Assembly (NCBI GenBank): GCA_051453625.1
Contig: JBOZIK010000001.1
Span: 5,874,382 to 5,938,381 of the forward strand
Direction of reading: 5' to 3'
Length of the DNA stretch: 64,000 bases
Source: Welwitschia mirabilis
Lineage: Eukaryota
The notes under the pieces are model-generated. The model saw only the letters and a program-made list of their open reading frames with translations. It had not been told where the DNA came from and searched no databases. This document shows positions 37,845 through 52,527 of the stretch, in pieces (position 1 is the stretch's first letter; every line of letters starts with the position of its first letter). Made by a program: the position numbers and the translations under genes.

Positions 37845-37880
37845 TTCTCTTCTCCTTAAGAAGTTTTCTTCCTCAGAAAC
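37845..37880 (-). promoter_or_regulatory. Polypurine tract with Tekay-type upstream motif
   Basis: Minus-strand TTTCTGAGGAAGAAAACTTCTTAAGGAGAAGAGAA|TGTAGCAC resembles TTTCGAGGACGAAA..TTAAGGGGGGAAGAA|TGTAAC. Confidence 0.75.
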
Positions 37881-37945
37881 TACTTAATCCATGTCATACT
37901 CTAGCAACAATTACTAAATTGATTAAGCATTGGATCCAAGCCTTA

Positions 37946-37957
37946 GCTCTCATATCA
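37946..37957 (-). promoter_or_regulatory. Decayed tRNA-iMet primer-binding site
   Basis: TGATATGAGAGC matches TGGTATCAGAGC at 10/12 positions. It lies 3 nt after ATCATGATA, a decayed GTCGTGACA LTR end. Confidence 0.65.
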
Positions 37958-39519
37958 AAATATCATGATATAGTTTTTTTGGGTTGGACCTAAAAGCATA
38001 ATGTTTTTTATTTATTAAATAAATTATGAGATAGCACATTAATTTACATAACAATGTTAAACATTGCAGTGGAATAATTTAGGTTATGATTGAGAGACTT
38101 ACCTCTCAGTTACCCATAAAACTCACATCATGTGAACTATGTAATGATAGCTCACCTAACTAATATCATAACCAATCTCTAGGTTAATTAAAAATCTTGA
38201 TTAGAAAAAAAATAATAAGTGTGTAGGTTCTAGTTGAGTTGTTGATTATACCAACATCTAAGGAACCACACCTATGTAATCCTCCTCTAGAGTTTTAGAT
38301 CACATGTAGTTTTATCTTGGACCTCATTCTAATCTTCACCAAAATGCATAAGCATAAGATAGATCAAAGTGATCTATATTATTGGCATGTGATAGTCCTA
38401 GGCATGAAAGAATGTAAGGATTAATGTAAGAACTCAATATTTAGACCAACATCAATAAATATCAGACACAAACATATATACATATGCCTAGTATCTATAT
38501 GTAAAAGTATAGAAGATAGCTAGTCTAGAAATATCAAGATTATAACCTCCAATTCTATTAAAGAATTCTAATGCATGAATGATTATAATACACATGTATA
38601 ATAATATAAATCAGATATATGGGTACCTAAATATACATGTACATAGTGAATCCCCTAGTTAGTTGACCTAAATATCCATTAGTAATCCTCCATCACTAAG
38701 TATAAGAGACCCCCTCTATCTCATTGTAATGCATTGGTTGGAGTTAATGGAAGGGAATATATCATAATAGAATGTTTTAGTAGTAAACACATGAAGAAAT
38801 ACGATTGAGGCACATACATACATATACAAACACATAGATGCCATTTCAACAAGGTGCCTCTTAGCTACTCTTTTTATAACATAACATAATAAATCTAATA
38901 ATACATAAATGTAAAATGCCAAAGAGAATAGCCCATATGCCATTGATTAAGTATCTATTCTTAATAAACTTAAGTTATTAGAAGTAAAAGGATGAAGGTT
39001 GGTAATTAAATGCCTAATTACTCCAATGAACATTATAGAATGATCACTATTATTATATCATATTATGCATAAGATAACAAGTAACTACTTGGAACATTTA
39101 ATTCATATGTATGACCATGTAAGAAATTATGTTTAATAGTACATACCTAGAAAGTGTTAAGAATACTAAAAACAATTGTAATCATTGAGGAATGTACTAA
39201 ACTTACATCATTATATACTATACTATGCATACATAATTACATGAAATCATAAATACAACATACACAATCAAGTTTGTATAATATATCATACATTTAACTC
39301 TTAAATAAAAGATGTTTAAGTAAGAAAATGTGAATATTGTGGTGGTATAACTAGTGGTTACTCTTCCTTCATTTAAAAGGTCATGATAGTTGTAATCTAA
39401 AGGGAAAGTTACAAAGATTAAAATGTTGAGTTTTGAAATATCTGTTGCCCTCCATTACATTTTAAGATATGTCTACCCTTTACAATACAATTTGCAATAC
39501 TATACACATGAGATGACAT

Positions 39520-39930
39520 AATATAAGGTAATATAATATTATGCACAAATATAATATACAAATTATAGTTTAATAAAATATAATATAATACATAATACAA
39601 TAATATAATTTAATATATTATAATATACAGTATATAATATAATAGAATTATACACGTATAATATAATATAATATAATATAATATAATATAATATAATATA
39701 ATATAATATAATATAATATAATATAATATANNNNNNNNNNNNNNNNNNNNNNNNNNNNNNNNNNNNNNNNNNNNNNNNNNNNNNNNNNNNNNNNNNNNNN
39801 NATGATCTAATATAACATATCATAATATAATATACTATTATATAATTTTCTATAATATAACATAATGTAATATGATATTATATTATAACATAACATAAGA
39901 TAATATAAAATAATATAGTATATATGTAAT
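39520..39930. repeat. (ATAAT)n pentanucleotide microsatellite with degenerate flanks
   Basis: Perfect ATAAT run at 39658-39730 leads into an N gap; degenerate ATAAC/ATAAT units on both sides. Confidence 0.95.
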
Positions 39931-42434
39931 ATTTCTTAAATATATTATAAAACATTTTTTTTTAAAGTGATTCCATGGGATGAATACTCTAAGAAAACAT
40001 ATCATAGTTTGCGTATATATATAAAATAATAATATAAATATGTGATGTAGGATCACATCTAAACATGGTAATATTATAAAGCCTAATTGATCTAATAATA
40101 ATAATAATAATATTGTTCTAATTTCATCATCTTTGCATTTATATAACTTTCAATCTGTAAAGTACTTAAACACTCAAGAAATATAATTCTTATCCTTAAA
40201 TAATAATTAAATAACAATTTATTTCTATGTCTAAAGTCATATTTTAATTATATTTAAATAAATAAATTTAAGTTAAAAATCATGAAACTTGATAACTAAG
40301 AAGACATAGCATAACATAACCATTTTAATGTATGTTTATGTTTCTTATAATAAAATTTAACAATGGAAAAATAAGCATAAACATGCCTAACAAGTCAATA
40401 CTATACTTTTTCAATGTCGCATAATAAGAAATGTTTGTGTTTATTCATTTATAATTGTAGAATCATAAAATTCTAAAATGGATAATGGTTTAATAAATTA
40501 TTAACTATGGAAGAAAATTGAGAAATCAATTGCAATAATGTATCATGCTTTTAGAAATAATAACAGTAACCTAAAATCATGATCATCATATAGCCATTCA
40601 ATAGAGATAGGTTTCTTTGTATTTGCCCTCAGGATCTTCTTAGTCAGTTTGACTTTCTTCTTAAACATTACCATTGCTCTTTGAGATTTCCTCACATCTA
40701 CCATGCTTGCAATCTAGTCTATGGAAGACATCTCGTCATCCTTCTTACAGGCCTCTAAATCCTTTTCTTGGAGTAAGATGATCATCTCTAAAATATTTTG
40801 TATCTTTTCTTCAAAACTTATGCTATTTTCTTTTATGCTACTCAAATCTAGCATTGCTTTTCCTAATAGATCCTTTATTTTTTTCAACGGTGACCAATCC
40901 CTACTAACTTTGCCACTACTAAAGTTTTATGCAAAGGTTATTCTTAAACCATTAGAAGATCCTTTTAAATTTAATTTAGCACTATAACTGTTTTTAACTC
41001 CCTTGTTAACAATTGTGTAGGAAGACATCTCTGCACTGCTGCTTTCAATCAAGTAATCATATTCCTTATTGTACTTTTTATCCTTCTCTTCTTACAAAGG
41101 ATTCCCATTGATCTTATCCTAAGAGAGCAAATAATTTAAATTCTCTTCTCATTTAGAACAACATCTTAGAAAACATAATCTCCTCCATTACCATTTAAGA
41201 GTTAAAGAAGAGCTTCTTGGAATACATTTGGAAAGAACGTGATGTAAAATCCATTTTTGCCAAAATGAAAAATAAGAAATGAATCCCTTTAGCTCAATAT
41301 CCATAGATGATGGAGACCTTCAATTATTCCCTTCTTGCTTTTCTCATTTCCTTTCTCTGAGTTAGCCTTTTTCCATTTCCTAGTGCTCATGACAGGGAAC
41401 TTCTTCTAAGATGGAGCAATAGAGATGTTGAAAGGAGTAAAGATGGCATGGGCATGTAGAACCTCATAAATATCATGGAATAGTGAGTCAAAGATAGCTA
41501 CGGTAGCTATGACTCCAATGGCCATATCACCCTGAAGAATTACATTGCTTTGCATTTCATAAATTTTAATTCTTATTCATTCTTCTATGCAATACACATT
41601 TTTTTTTAATTACTTCTCCTGTTATTTCTTCCTTCCTTGTCATGACATAATTTTATCTATCCTTTAGTTAATGTTAAATGTAAAACATGTTTTATACCAT
41701 CTTCTTCTTGTCTTCTAAGCATGACCAAAGAATGTCTCAGGAAAATATGCATAGGCGATGAATGATTTTCACTTCCTCCAAAAATAACACCATCCCTTTC
41801 TAATTCCATAAATCTCCATTTTGTTAAAGAGTTATTGGCCCTTGATCCTTTGAGTAAATTTTTGATTCATAAAGGTGTTCTTACCTCTATAATCCTTATT
41901 GTGGAGCATAAAATATTGTGAGGAAAATGATGTTTCTTTCTAATATATTAAATATTGAAATTGCTACCAACTTTTTAGAAGTAAATCATTGGAGGAGAAA
42001 GAGGATCTTAAATTTTCTTGTGTGAATCATGGAAATGCATAAAACCCATTACAGTAACCATGGTGGCTCAAACTTGCTTGAATGAAATCTTTCAAAATAA
42101 TATTTATTTCTTAATGAAAATATGAATAATATAAAGAGCACTTTAGAAATGATGTTTCTTGTCATTGTATATTTCTAGAAACTAAAGTGATGATTAATCA
42201 ACTCAAACTTCTATGCTCTAAATGTTTAAAAAGAAATGAAAAGAAATATTACAATTATCTTTAGAGAAACATTAAATTCTAATATAAAAAGATATTTTTA
42301 TTTTATTTTTTTAAAAATTTCATTTAGAAATTACTATTTTAATAATTAAGTAAATGTTATCCTTAATTAAATAAAACTATTTTAAATATAATTAACCATT
42401 GAGATTCAAAAGTATTAAATTTTGGGGTGTTACA

Positions 42435-45400
42435 TTAACTAAGGTTTAACTTAGAGTTAATTTGTAGATAAGGGGAAGGGAAAAGAAAAATATATCACTT
42501 CTTACTAAGAACCTTTACCCTTTTCCTAATCTTTGAATACTTAGAAGAACATTTGCACATATACAAAGAGCCTTTACATTTTCCCCAACATCTTAAAAAT
42601 GTGAATATCAAAAAATAAAAGTTAAAGGTCTTATAATTTTTAAGAAATTAAGATTAATATGCTTATTTTAGAAATGATTAAAAAGATTCCCTCATATTCA
42701 AAGTTTATTAAGAACATGTGCATAATGAAGAGATGCATAAACATAAAGAATGAAGCATTTTTAGCCCAATAAATGAGTGCAATTATCCAAAATTGAGTTA
42801 TGCCTAAGCATAAATATTTAGACTATTTAAGAATAGCTATTACAATTAGAGATACAAACATTAAGCAAGCCTTATTAGATTTCAGAGTAAATGTCAACAT
42901 CCTACTACATTACATGTATAAGGAACTTGGCTTAATGACCTTAAATGCATCAAAATTTAATTATAATTGACTAACAATTCTATGAATTCATCATTAGGAA
43001 TAGTTAAAGATGTAATAATCTAAGTTGATAACTATGAATTCCTGATATACTTCATAGTTTTAGAAATAGATACAACAAAATGCAATCTAGTCTTAAGCAT
43101 TTTAGGAGGACCTTTCCTTGAAACATATAACACCCTGATTAATTGTAGGAATGGTTAAATGATTTGACTTTAAACTTGAATATTTTAATACAATGAAATT
43201 ACTAGATGATCCTACAGAGGTTAATCAGGTTAATGAAATTTATGACTCTAGATGTTCTCCTTGTGAGCCAAATATTTTCTATTATATGCCATCCCCAAGT
43301 TTTAATCTAGTAGTTACAATTCTTTTGAGGCTCTTACAATAAGTCATCCTATGAAAACTCAAGTTTTGCATATGGATGATTTTCTCACAAATACCTCATA
43401 TCATTATCATCATTTCACCATTGTTTTAAGCCTTTGTACACACCCAATCCATTTCCAAACCATCTCATTAAGCCCAAAAACCATCCACTTGACCATTCAC
43501 TTATGAATTTCTAAGACTAATAGACCTTCCTTAATGACTCTTAAATAAAAATCAATTGTAATAAATCTCATCATCACTTAAGTAATAGTTTTTAATTAAG
43601 TTCATTTATGGATTTTTAAGGAAGATTTAAGCTTATTTCAAGTGTAATCATTAGAAGAAACATTTACTCAAGGTCTTCAATTTCAATCAAACTTGCTTGA
43701 CAATGTGGAATTTACCTTTATATATGTTTCTTAAATATAAAGCTTTTCATAAGAACAAGATTTATCTTAACTAGGTTAATGAGCCAATGAACCCTTTAAT
43801 GTGCATAAAAAATAAATGTAAGACGATTAAAAAAATTAATATATTTCTTCTTAATACATATAATATTAATTACTTAATTGGATTTAGTTAACTACATCAA
43901 GGCTAAGAATAATCTCTAATAATGTAGCTATAAAGATCTATTTTATAACATAAAATTGCATTGGGGTTGTAGACACTTACTAGCAATATAGCACTAACTC
44001 CTTGATACATCAACATGCTAAGTTCTATTAGAGGAAATTTCATAATAACTAGATGCTCAATGTGATTCAAAATCTTAAACTAAGGACATATATGCTTATC
44101 AGAACCCCCAAAAAAAAAAAAAAAAAAAAAAAGAGAGAGAGAGAGAGAATAAAAAAGGTGGGAATAAAAGGATTTTGTGATTTATTATCTTTTAAATATC
44201 ATACTTGTGGTTTGCAATAATTTCTTAAATTTGTATAAGTTACTCAATAAGTCCTAAGCTTAGTTTATTTTGAGATCCACTTAGATAATAAAAGAACATA
44301 ATGAAGGCTATGTACTTAGGTAAGTTCATTCATTCATTCATTGATTTTATGGTTTAGTCCATTAACGCATTTTCATTTCCATTACTCACTCCACTTTACT
44401 TTACTTTACTTAACCCTTACTTCATAAGAAATAAATCACAAGACATAAACCATTTTTACGAATTAATTTTACACTTAGTTTTTAACAGAATGATTAATTG
44501 ACATTAAGTTAGTTTTTTTCTTTCATAGTTTAGTTGCATAATTTTTCATGGTTTTTAATAAAAACACTCATTGAATTTTTTATAAGATTATGTTCTCAAA
44601 TTGATTGTAATACACTCTATTGTAAAACTCTAAAGACAAAGTCTAGTTTTGGGTGGGGGATATGGCATCTAGTTTTTACATTGTATTTCACCAAATTTTT
44701 TAATTTAATGCCTTAATTGCAAAAAATTGAGTATGCAATTTTCAAAGTTATATCATTATTCACACTTAAGCACTTTTAGCTTAGATAATTTTTCCATGTT
44801 TAACCATTTTGTTATTAACTTTTTGCTAAGGATCTAATAAAATTCTAACTAAGGGTGTGTTAACATATAAAAATTAACATTTTAATCAAGTTAATTAACT
44901 AATTTATCTTCATGAAAGACATTAATATAATTAATTTTATCAGAAACATATGTCTTCTATTAATTTTTCATAATAATTAACTTATTGTTTATTCATGATA
45001 TTTTCAAAATAATTATTACGTTTGAAGGACATGCTTAAAAGTTAATGATAATCTAGACTAAAACACTAGTATTACCACCTAAGTCATCTAGTGTTGTTGA
45101 TTATTTTACATAAACCACCTTTATTCTCCTACTCTTGACTTTTCATGCAAATTTGGATCAAATGAAGTTATGGGCTTGATCAAATTTCACCTTTGAAATA
45201 ATTAGCACCTTCAGTAATACATGGTAGTAATGATGATAATACATAGTAGGACATGTGGTATTATTGAGTAAGATAATAGGGGAGACACATGATGATGATA
45301 GCAGTTGGCAGAATCACATCAAAAAAATATCCATCTAAATGAATAGATTACAAAACACCCTACTAATGCCATCCTTATGTAACTCCTAATCTAACACTAT

Positions 45401-46150
45401 ATGCCAAAGGTTTGTAACTACCTTGAGTCCTTTGCTATAATATATTTCATTTTGGATAAAGAATAGAACCTTGGAGCATCAAGTTGTGATGCCCTTCTAA
45501 GCACTTCTGAAAGAGTGAACTTACTTTTAATAATATTCTAAAGAGTTCTTTCTGCTTCCTTTCATCTTTGATATAATGTTCTTTTTTTTTTAATTCAATA
45601 TTCAAGAGTTGATTTATTTTTATTATTAGCTACAATTTACTTCTTACTAGGGATGCTTAAGTAGCATCATAATTATCAAGCTTTATTTGATTAAATGAGT
45701 GAATTTGATTAGCTAATTGGTTTATATATTAGTAATGTTATGGATCTTGTGCACTTTAAAGTTCATACTTTCCATTTTTATTATTAGGCTATGAAGGATC
45801 ACTAACCATTTAATTTATCAATACTCATATGGTAATGATAATATGTCATCATAACCCGGGTCTTTATACTCCATAATCTACAACATTTTTCAAGATAAGT
45901 GTAGCATTTGATCAAATGAAAAATTATGAAGGATGTATTAAATGAATACTTAGATCTTTCTTGCTTTTCTTTTTCCTATAAAGTTTCAAACCAAATTCTA
46001 AAACTCTCTCTTTTTTATTTATTTTTATTATAACTTACATTGAAGCAAGAGTTAATGTAAACTTCTAAAACCTACCTTAGTTCTATTTATGAGAGCAAAT
46101 AATACTAAGTACAAAGTTAAATCTAGTTCTTTGTACAAAACAAGAAACTT
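42435..46150 (+). mobile_element. Decayed Athila-like element: gag end, aspartic protease, non-coding region and probable 3' LTR
   Basis: IPSYSKFIK (~42690); ALLDFRVNVNIL...LGIVKDVII*VDNYEF..FIVLEID...ILGGPFLETYNTLINCRNG (42865-43155). PPT-like AAGGGTGTG near 44851; TATA-like ctataat near 45437. Confidence 0.65.
44110..44148. repeat. Poly(A) run followed by (AG)n
   Basis: Directly visible. Confidence 0.9.
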
Positions 46151-47920
46151 AGATAGTTGGCACGAAAATTATTTATTAGTTTCTCATTTTATTAAGGTAT
46201 GTTATTATTGAAAAGGCATTAAAACCTAGATTGGGCATTTTGATTTTATTGGAAGGTGGAAGCTTATTCTACTTGGGTATCTTCATGAGGTTAGTTTTCA
46301 AATGATATTCTCTAGTATTTATTACTTATGATGTTAAGTTTCATATCTTCATTAGAAAATATTCTAATTAGGTAACCTAATTCATCTCAGATCCAAGGCA
46401 TACATGTTTTCAATAAGCTTTAAATAGGGCTCAAATAATAAAAGGTTTTATAAAGGTTAAAAGAGGTCTCTAGAAAAAGTCCAAATGCTATTTCATAAAA
46501 AGGCTAACAACACCAGTCAAGGAAGGTGGAGGCATTAGTTTATTTAAAAATTATAGAATGAAAACAAAGATAAATGTTCATAGTGTTTACATAAAACATT
46601 CAAAGTTTACATAAAACTCAAAGAAAAATAAACCCTAAACATTTTTTCATTTTCAAAGGCATTTAACAAAAATAAAACATTTAATAGAAACATGAACTTA
46701 ACTATGAAAATAAAATTTGTAAAAAAATAAAAATAAAGTTACAAAATAAATGAGTTATATATTATTTTTTCCCTCATTTTGGTTGCAACCTATTAAAAAA
46801 ATTATAAACTACAACATAAAATATTTGATATAAAAATACTATTTGAGTTAAAGTGAAGAAATAAATATAACTTTAAGATGAACTAATTCTGATATCATTG
46901 GAAATGGATTAGTATCCACCACTAAAGGAAATGAAATAAATACACAAAAGAAAAAGGAACTAGTTTGAGTTTTACTAGAGTGGATCAATACTAATCACTA
47001 GAAAAACTTAAAATAAAACTAAACTAAAAACTTATAAGAAAGTAAAATTATACTACTCTAAGAAGATACTATGTCATTACCCTTAGTAACAATGCCTAAA
47101 TCTATTTGTCATCTAGTACAATAAAATCAAAATAAACAAAGTAAATACCCATTATCATTCTTTCATAGGAATAATTAATGTAACTTAACATAAATTATAC
47201 AAACTTTACCAAAGTTATAATACAAATCAAATAAATAAAAACATTAAGAGTTGAGAATTATGATGAACCTTCAATTGGTAATATAGAAAAGTGAACAATC
47301 TTCAAAGGTCTATAGCTCATCTTTTCTAACAATGATCCTTTACTCTAATGATATCTTGCAATTTTTTAAAACATAACTCAAACTATTAACTCATAATTCC
47401 TTAGGTTGTGATGAAATAATTTCATTTACCACACCAGTGTTAGTGAATTTGATAATCACTTAATCCTTTATAGTTATTTCATAAGTATGGAAAGTAAGAA
47501 CTACAATACTCAAATTCCATCAAATAAAAGTAACTACAACTAACTAACCTAATTAATTCACTTAGTTAACAATATGACTTGATATTGTGGTCTTAATTAA
47601 TCTTTGTAAGTGTAAATATATTTGTAATTTAAAATTAAAACAAATGCAAAAATACACTTTTATTTAATCGAAAGAGTAAATTATATTTAAAAAAAATAAA
47701 ATGAGACTGGTATGAACTCCTCGAACTAGCCTTAAAACAAGTTCACTTCTATAGAAGATACTTAGAAGCACCATATTAGGTATGACACTTCAAGAATTTC
47801 TACTACATTTACCAACCAAATAATCCTTACAAATGAGGACTTAAGCCCCTTTTATAGGTGAGTATGGGATGGGGGTAATTAGAAGCCCTGGACTTGTAGT
47901 GTAAGATGGATAGTTACTAT

Positions 47921-50450
47921 TGTAAAAATTAAGAAATTAATTATTTTTCCTTTTCCACATATTTTACCAATTCCCTATGTTTATGTGGCTATTATATCAT
48001 ATTTCTATTTTCATCCCCATTTCCTCTTATTTTCCTCAACTAAATTTTATTATATGGTGTATAAATTCATTATTTTTAAATAAAATAATAAGGTATTTTA
48101 GATGGTATAATTATTTAATATTCTCAGGAATTTCTCCCAACATTTGGCTAAATTGCACTTGATAAATCTTTAGATCTAATAAATAATATTAAATCAAAAC
48201 TAGAATTTCTTAGAGAAAATAAATCATGTAGATATTATCAATCACTTCTTAATGAGGCTGTACTCCAAAAAGACCATAGCCATTCTAGTTTTTATCCTTA
48301 TGAAGTTTATTAATAAGGCATCAAGGCACATCATTAGCAGAAGAATATCCTACATCTCAAAGACAACTTTATTAACATTTTGATTTGCATATAAATTTAC
48401 TTTTACTAAGACTATTTTTAAATAGATTAATCATTTCACATAATGTAAGAGTATTAGTTTCAATGTCAACATAAATGTAAGAAGCAGATAAACATATAAA
48501 TAAGCATGAGAAATAAAATCTGGTCATCACCACATGTATAACCTTAGTAGAGATTACACTCATCATTTTCCATAAAGCAATAAGTATAGAATTCAATAAT
48601 AGCATTTAACAATTAATTAGTTATTATATTTTAATGCTCATATTATAGCAAAATGAAGGAGGTATCCCTTCACTTTCATCTATAAATTTATCAAGAAGCA
48701 TAGATGCTAGCATCAAGATGGTGCATGAATTTTGAATTAGTTTTAGAGTACTTTAATTTAGCCAAGTCAATACCTGAGAGAGTGGGTCTTAGATGGGAAT
48801 TTATCATCTTTTTAATAGTTCAATTATATCTCCATTATTGATCATTATTGGTTAACCCTTATTTTCTTTAATCATTTATTTGATTATTATCTATTTAATC
48901 AGGGGAAATGGAGAGAGATGAAACTCAAATGTTATATGTAAAATTTCACTTGGGGTATTNNNNNNNNNNNNNNNNNNNNNNNNNNNNNNNNNNNNNNNNN
49001 NNNNNNNNNNNNNNNNNNNNNNNNNNNNNNNNNNNNNNNNNNNNNNNNNNNNNNNNNNNTATATAATACACTACAATTTATTTTTTAAAATGAAAGAGGA
49101 ATTAAACTATTTAATTCTTTTTTTTCATATATGTTATAAATTCTCAAAAGCTTAGGGTAGTTTAACACAAGTTATAGAATAAGATTCTAAAGTTTTCTTT
49201 TGACTTTTTATTTAGTTCATTATTTTGATTCAATAGCTTTCAAAGAATATAAATCTTAATAGGTATTTTTGAAGAGAACAACAAAAGAGAGAATTCTTCC
49301 ATCTAGTGTGGAGCTTTCCATTTGCTTTCTTCTTTTGGTTATTGAATAAGGAATTTATTTGAGAATTTACTCAAGGTTTTAAGATGCCATATCTAGAGGG
49401 TATTATGATATTAAGGATGCTAAGCTAGGAGGAATTCAAGGAGTACTAGATGATGATGCTAATACTTAAGCATAAGTTAAAGAGAAGTGAAGTTTCTATG
49501 ATTGGATGGAGTTACATTGAAATTGAGGATTATCCAAGTACTAAAGCCAATTAAATTGATGAAACTAGGAGTCAATCCTACTCTTTAGGACATCCAAGAC
49601 ATTAAATAACTCATAATAACATCAAATATTAGGATTATTATTGATTTTAAACTATTACTTTGAAAACTTCTTTATGAAATGTCTATGATTAAGGAGGGGT
49701 ATATTTTTAGAAGAACTTATTATTTCAAAGAAAATTTTATATTGTATAAGAATCCTAGAATGGAAGACAATACCTTGATTTGGATTAGTCACATATTTTT
49801 GTTAAGTCTACATGTAATTTTAGATGAGTTTCATTATCAGTTGGTTGTGTTGCAATACATAATATTTGATTAGTTCCAATTGTTAGTTTGGATTAGTTGT
49901 TATTAGAGGTTAGTATTGTATGTGATTGGATTAGTCTCCCTAGCCTGGCAGCATTTAGTTGTTCAAATAAGGTATGTAGATTACTTAAGAAGACTACTTG
50001 AAAAATGTCTTCTTAAAAATTGAGTAGGATGATACATGTAGATTCATTTGAGAAAATTACTTGAAGGAAATATTTCTTAAAGTTGTACATTTTAATACTT
50101 TCTTGATTGATTCATTTTTTTAGTGCTTTATGATTCTATCAAGAATTTGTACTTTTGTGATGTTAATCTAACACTTGGATATCACATTAAAAGGGGGGTA
50201 TGTTGGAGAAATTAAGAAACTAATTATTTTTCCTTTCCAATATATTTCATTCACTTATTATTTTTATGTAGTTATTATATTACATTTCTATTTTTATCCC
50301 CATTTCCCCTTATTTTACTCAACTACCTTCTATTAGATGGTGTATAAATTCATTTATTTTTGAATAATATAATGAGTTGTTTTGGATGGCATATTTATTC
50401 AAGCTTCCTTTGAATTTTTCCTAGTTTTGGGCCTAAACTATACTTGATGG
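47921..50450 (+). mobile_element. Probable non-autonomous LTR element remnant with ~245 bp direct repeats at 47921-48165 and 50201-50448
   Basis: Both repeats begin TGT...aaattaagaaa.taattatttttcc. The second follows a PPT AAAAGGGGGG (50189-50198). No recognisable coding motifs between them; one N gap inside. Confidence 0.55.
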
Positions 50451-52269
50451 ATATTCATGTTAAATAGCTACAAAGTTAGCCATATAGCTTTAGGTAAGGT
50501 CTTTGTATTTTTGTATTAGATTAATATCATCAAAATGATTTTAATACATGACCTTTGAATGCTAATGCTTTTGTGAACTGATGATATTGCCATATGTATG
50601 TCACATCATCTCACTTAGCACTGTCACATATCCTTACTACATTCTTTCATGTCACTGTTATGTGCCCTTGAAGATGCTAGTTATTTTTTATATGGTAACT
50701 AATTAAGGTCATACTTGCATTTTTATTATTTTTTCATGACAATTTTAGAATCTAACATTTAAAGTGTTCTACTCTAAAGAACTGAAGATACTGGTGACCT
50801 AGATGATGGCATTGGCATTTTTGTCTGAATAATACTCAACTTTTAGCAGATCCTTTAGAATGTGATAAATAGCCTAAAAATGTTATGAGAATGTGATATT
50901 TAAAAGGGGTAGAAAACATAATTTTATAATAAAATGATATTTTATACTTCCTACTAAGCTAGATTTGTTAGATAACTTGGTATGAATGTTAATTTTTGCA
51001 TGTTAATAGATGTCTACAAATGGATACTTTAATATAGTTACATTATAATTACACAACAAAGGAGAATAACTTAGTAAATTTCACTAAGATTTATATTTAG
51101 TTCATCACACAGCTTTTCTAAATCATTTTCTAAATGATAAGTATGATAATCATTATTTTATAAAGAAAGGGCTTATAGATAAACATAAGAGCAATAAAAA
51201 ATTTCATTATCTTTATCCTTGTTGCAAGTTTCTGAGAGTTCCTTCCTTTCATATTATCTTATATCTTGTCCTTCCTATGTACTCTTCAATATGAATAACA
51301 TACAAATTTTGTAAAACCTTTGACCTCATTGAGAAAATACATTTTTTCTTTTATTAAAGAATACTTTCCCATTCCTTATTTTCTATCTTATATAGGTATA
51401 GATATGCATAATTAAAACATACTTTCAATAATTAAATATCCTATACTATTGAAATTTTTGATTTAAATTTGATATGGCTTAATCAAGAGGATGGTAATGT
51501 AAGTTTATTTATAGTATGAGTAATCAACAATGATGAAATTTATAATATAAGAGAAGAGTAAGGCATGGGCATAGGTAGTTTTATAATAAAATATTATAGC
51601 AGGTATTTGTATTTATATGTATGAGGATGTATCTAAATCATTGATCACTTAATGTATGATTAACATTTATCATGTTATGAATAAACCTAAAGTGATAGTA
51701 TGCTATTGTTGATAAGATATTACTTAGATGAAAATCTAGAATTTATTTTTTTAATTTTTTAAAAAATAACATTTATTTTAGTTTTTAAAAATAAAGGGAA
51801 TCCCAAGTTAAAAGGAGTGTTATTTTATTTTTAAATTTATATTTTTGTATCTAAGGTTTTTATTTATTTTTAATTAATTTGTGACCTTAATGTTTGCTCA
51901 TATGATCAAATACCAAGCATCCAAATTAATTATTTCTTATAACTATCTTTCTGTGTTAACTCTTAATGATTGAAGTAAGACACTTATGATGCTATAAATT
52001 AGGTGTGGCTTCTAATTATTATTTTTAAGGCAAAGAGATTGATTTTAAAGAACATAAGTCAATTTTCATTATGAACTTATAAGACTTTATGTTTTAGGAA
52101 TTTATAATAACTAATACTTTAAAGTAGTTAGAATAAGATTTACACTTGATTCATGATATATATGATATTATTATTCAATTGTATTGTCTCCTTAGATTCA
52201 TCCTTAAAATGAAAGAAAGGTTTTCTCAAAGAAATAAAATTTTCTAAACTACATTTAACTTTGTCATGA

Positions 52270-52527
52270 TTATCTATATATATATATATAGCAGCATGAT
52301 CTAGGTAGATTATAGATATTCCAACTAATATATATATATATATATATAATCTATGTGGATTATATATATTAANNNNNNNNNNNNNNNNNNNNNNNNNNNN
52401 NNNNNNNNNNNNNNNNNNNNNNNNNNNNNNNNNNNNNNNNNNNNNNNNNNNNNNNNNNNNNNNNNNNNNNNNCTAATATATATATATATATATATAATCT
52501 AGGTGGATTATAGATATTAACCTAATA
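52270..52527. repeat. Compound minisatellite: (TA)n separated by atctaggtggattatagatatt units
   Basis: Unit seen at about 52299, 52349 and 52497, flanking an N gap. Confidence 0.8.

Larger units (their letters stand above)
35980..42434 (-). mobile_element. Tekay/Del-like non-autonomous LTR element: 5' LTR 42434-37961, internal region 37960-37845, truncated 3' LTR 37844-35980
   Basis: LTR starts are TGTAACACCCC (42434) and TGTAGCACTCC (37844). 35980-37844 is colinear with 40599-42434. A decayed PBS and a PPT lie between the LTRs. Confidence 0.8.

Noticed and set aside
39563..39823. YIILY repeat peptide
   Set aside because: It is a translation of the (ATAAT)n microsatellite.
46156..46166. TTGGCACG as a primer-binding site
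   Set aside because: The match is short, with no clear LTR CA end before it and no gag after it.
44534..49873. Short hydrophobic ORFs (44534-44716, 47977-48162, 48372-48605, 49679-49873)
   Set aside because: Their F/L/I/Y/N/K-rich composition is expected by chance in very AT-rich DNA, and they carry no recognisable motifs.
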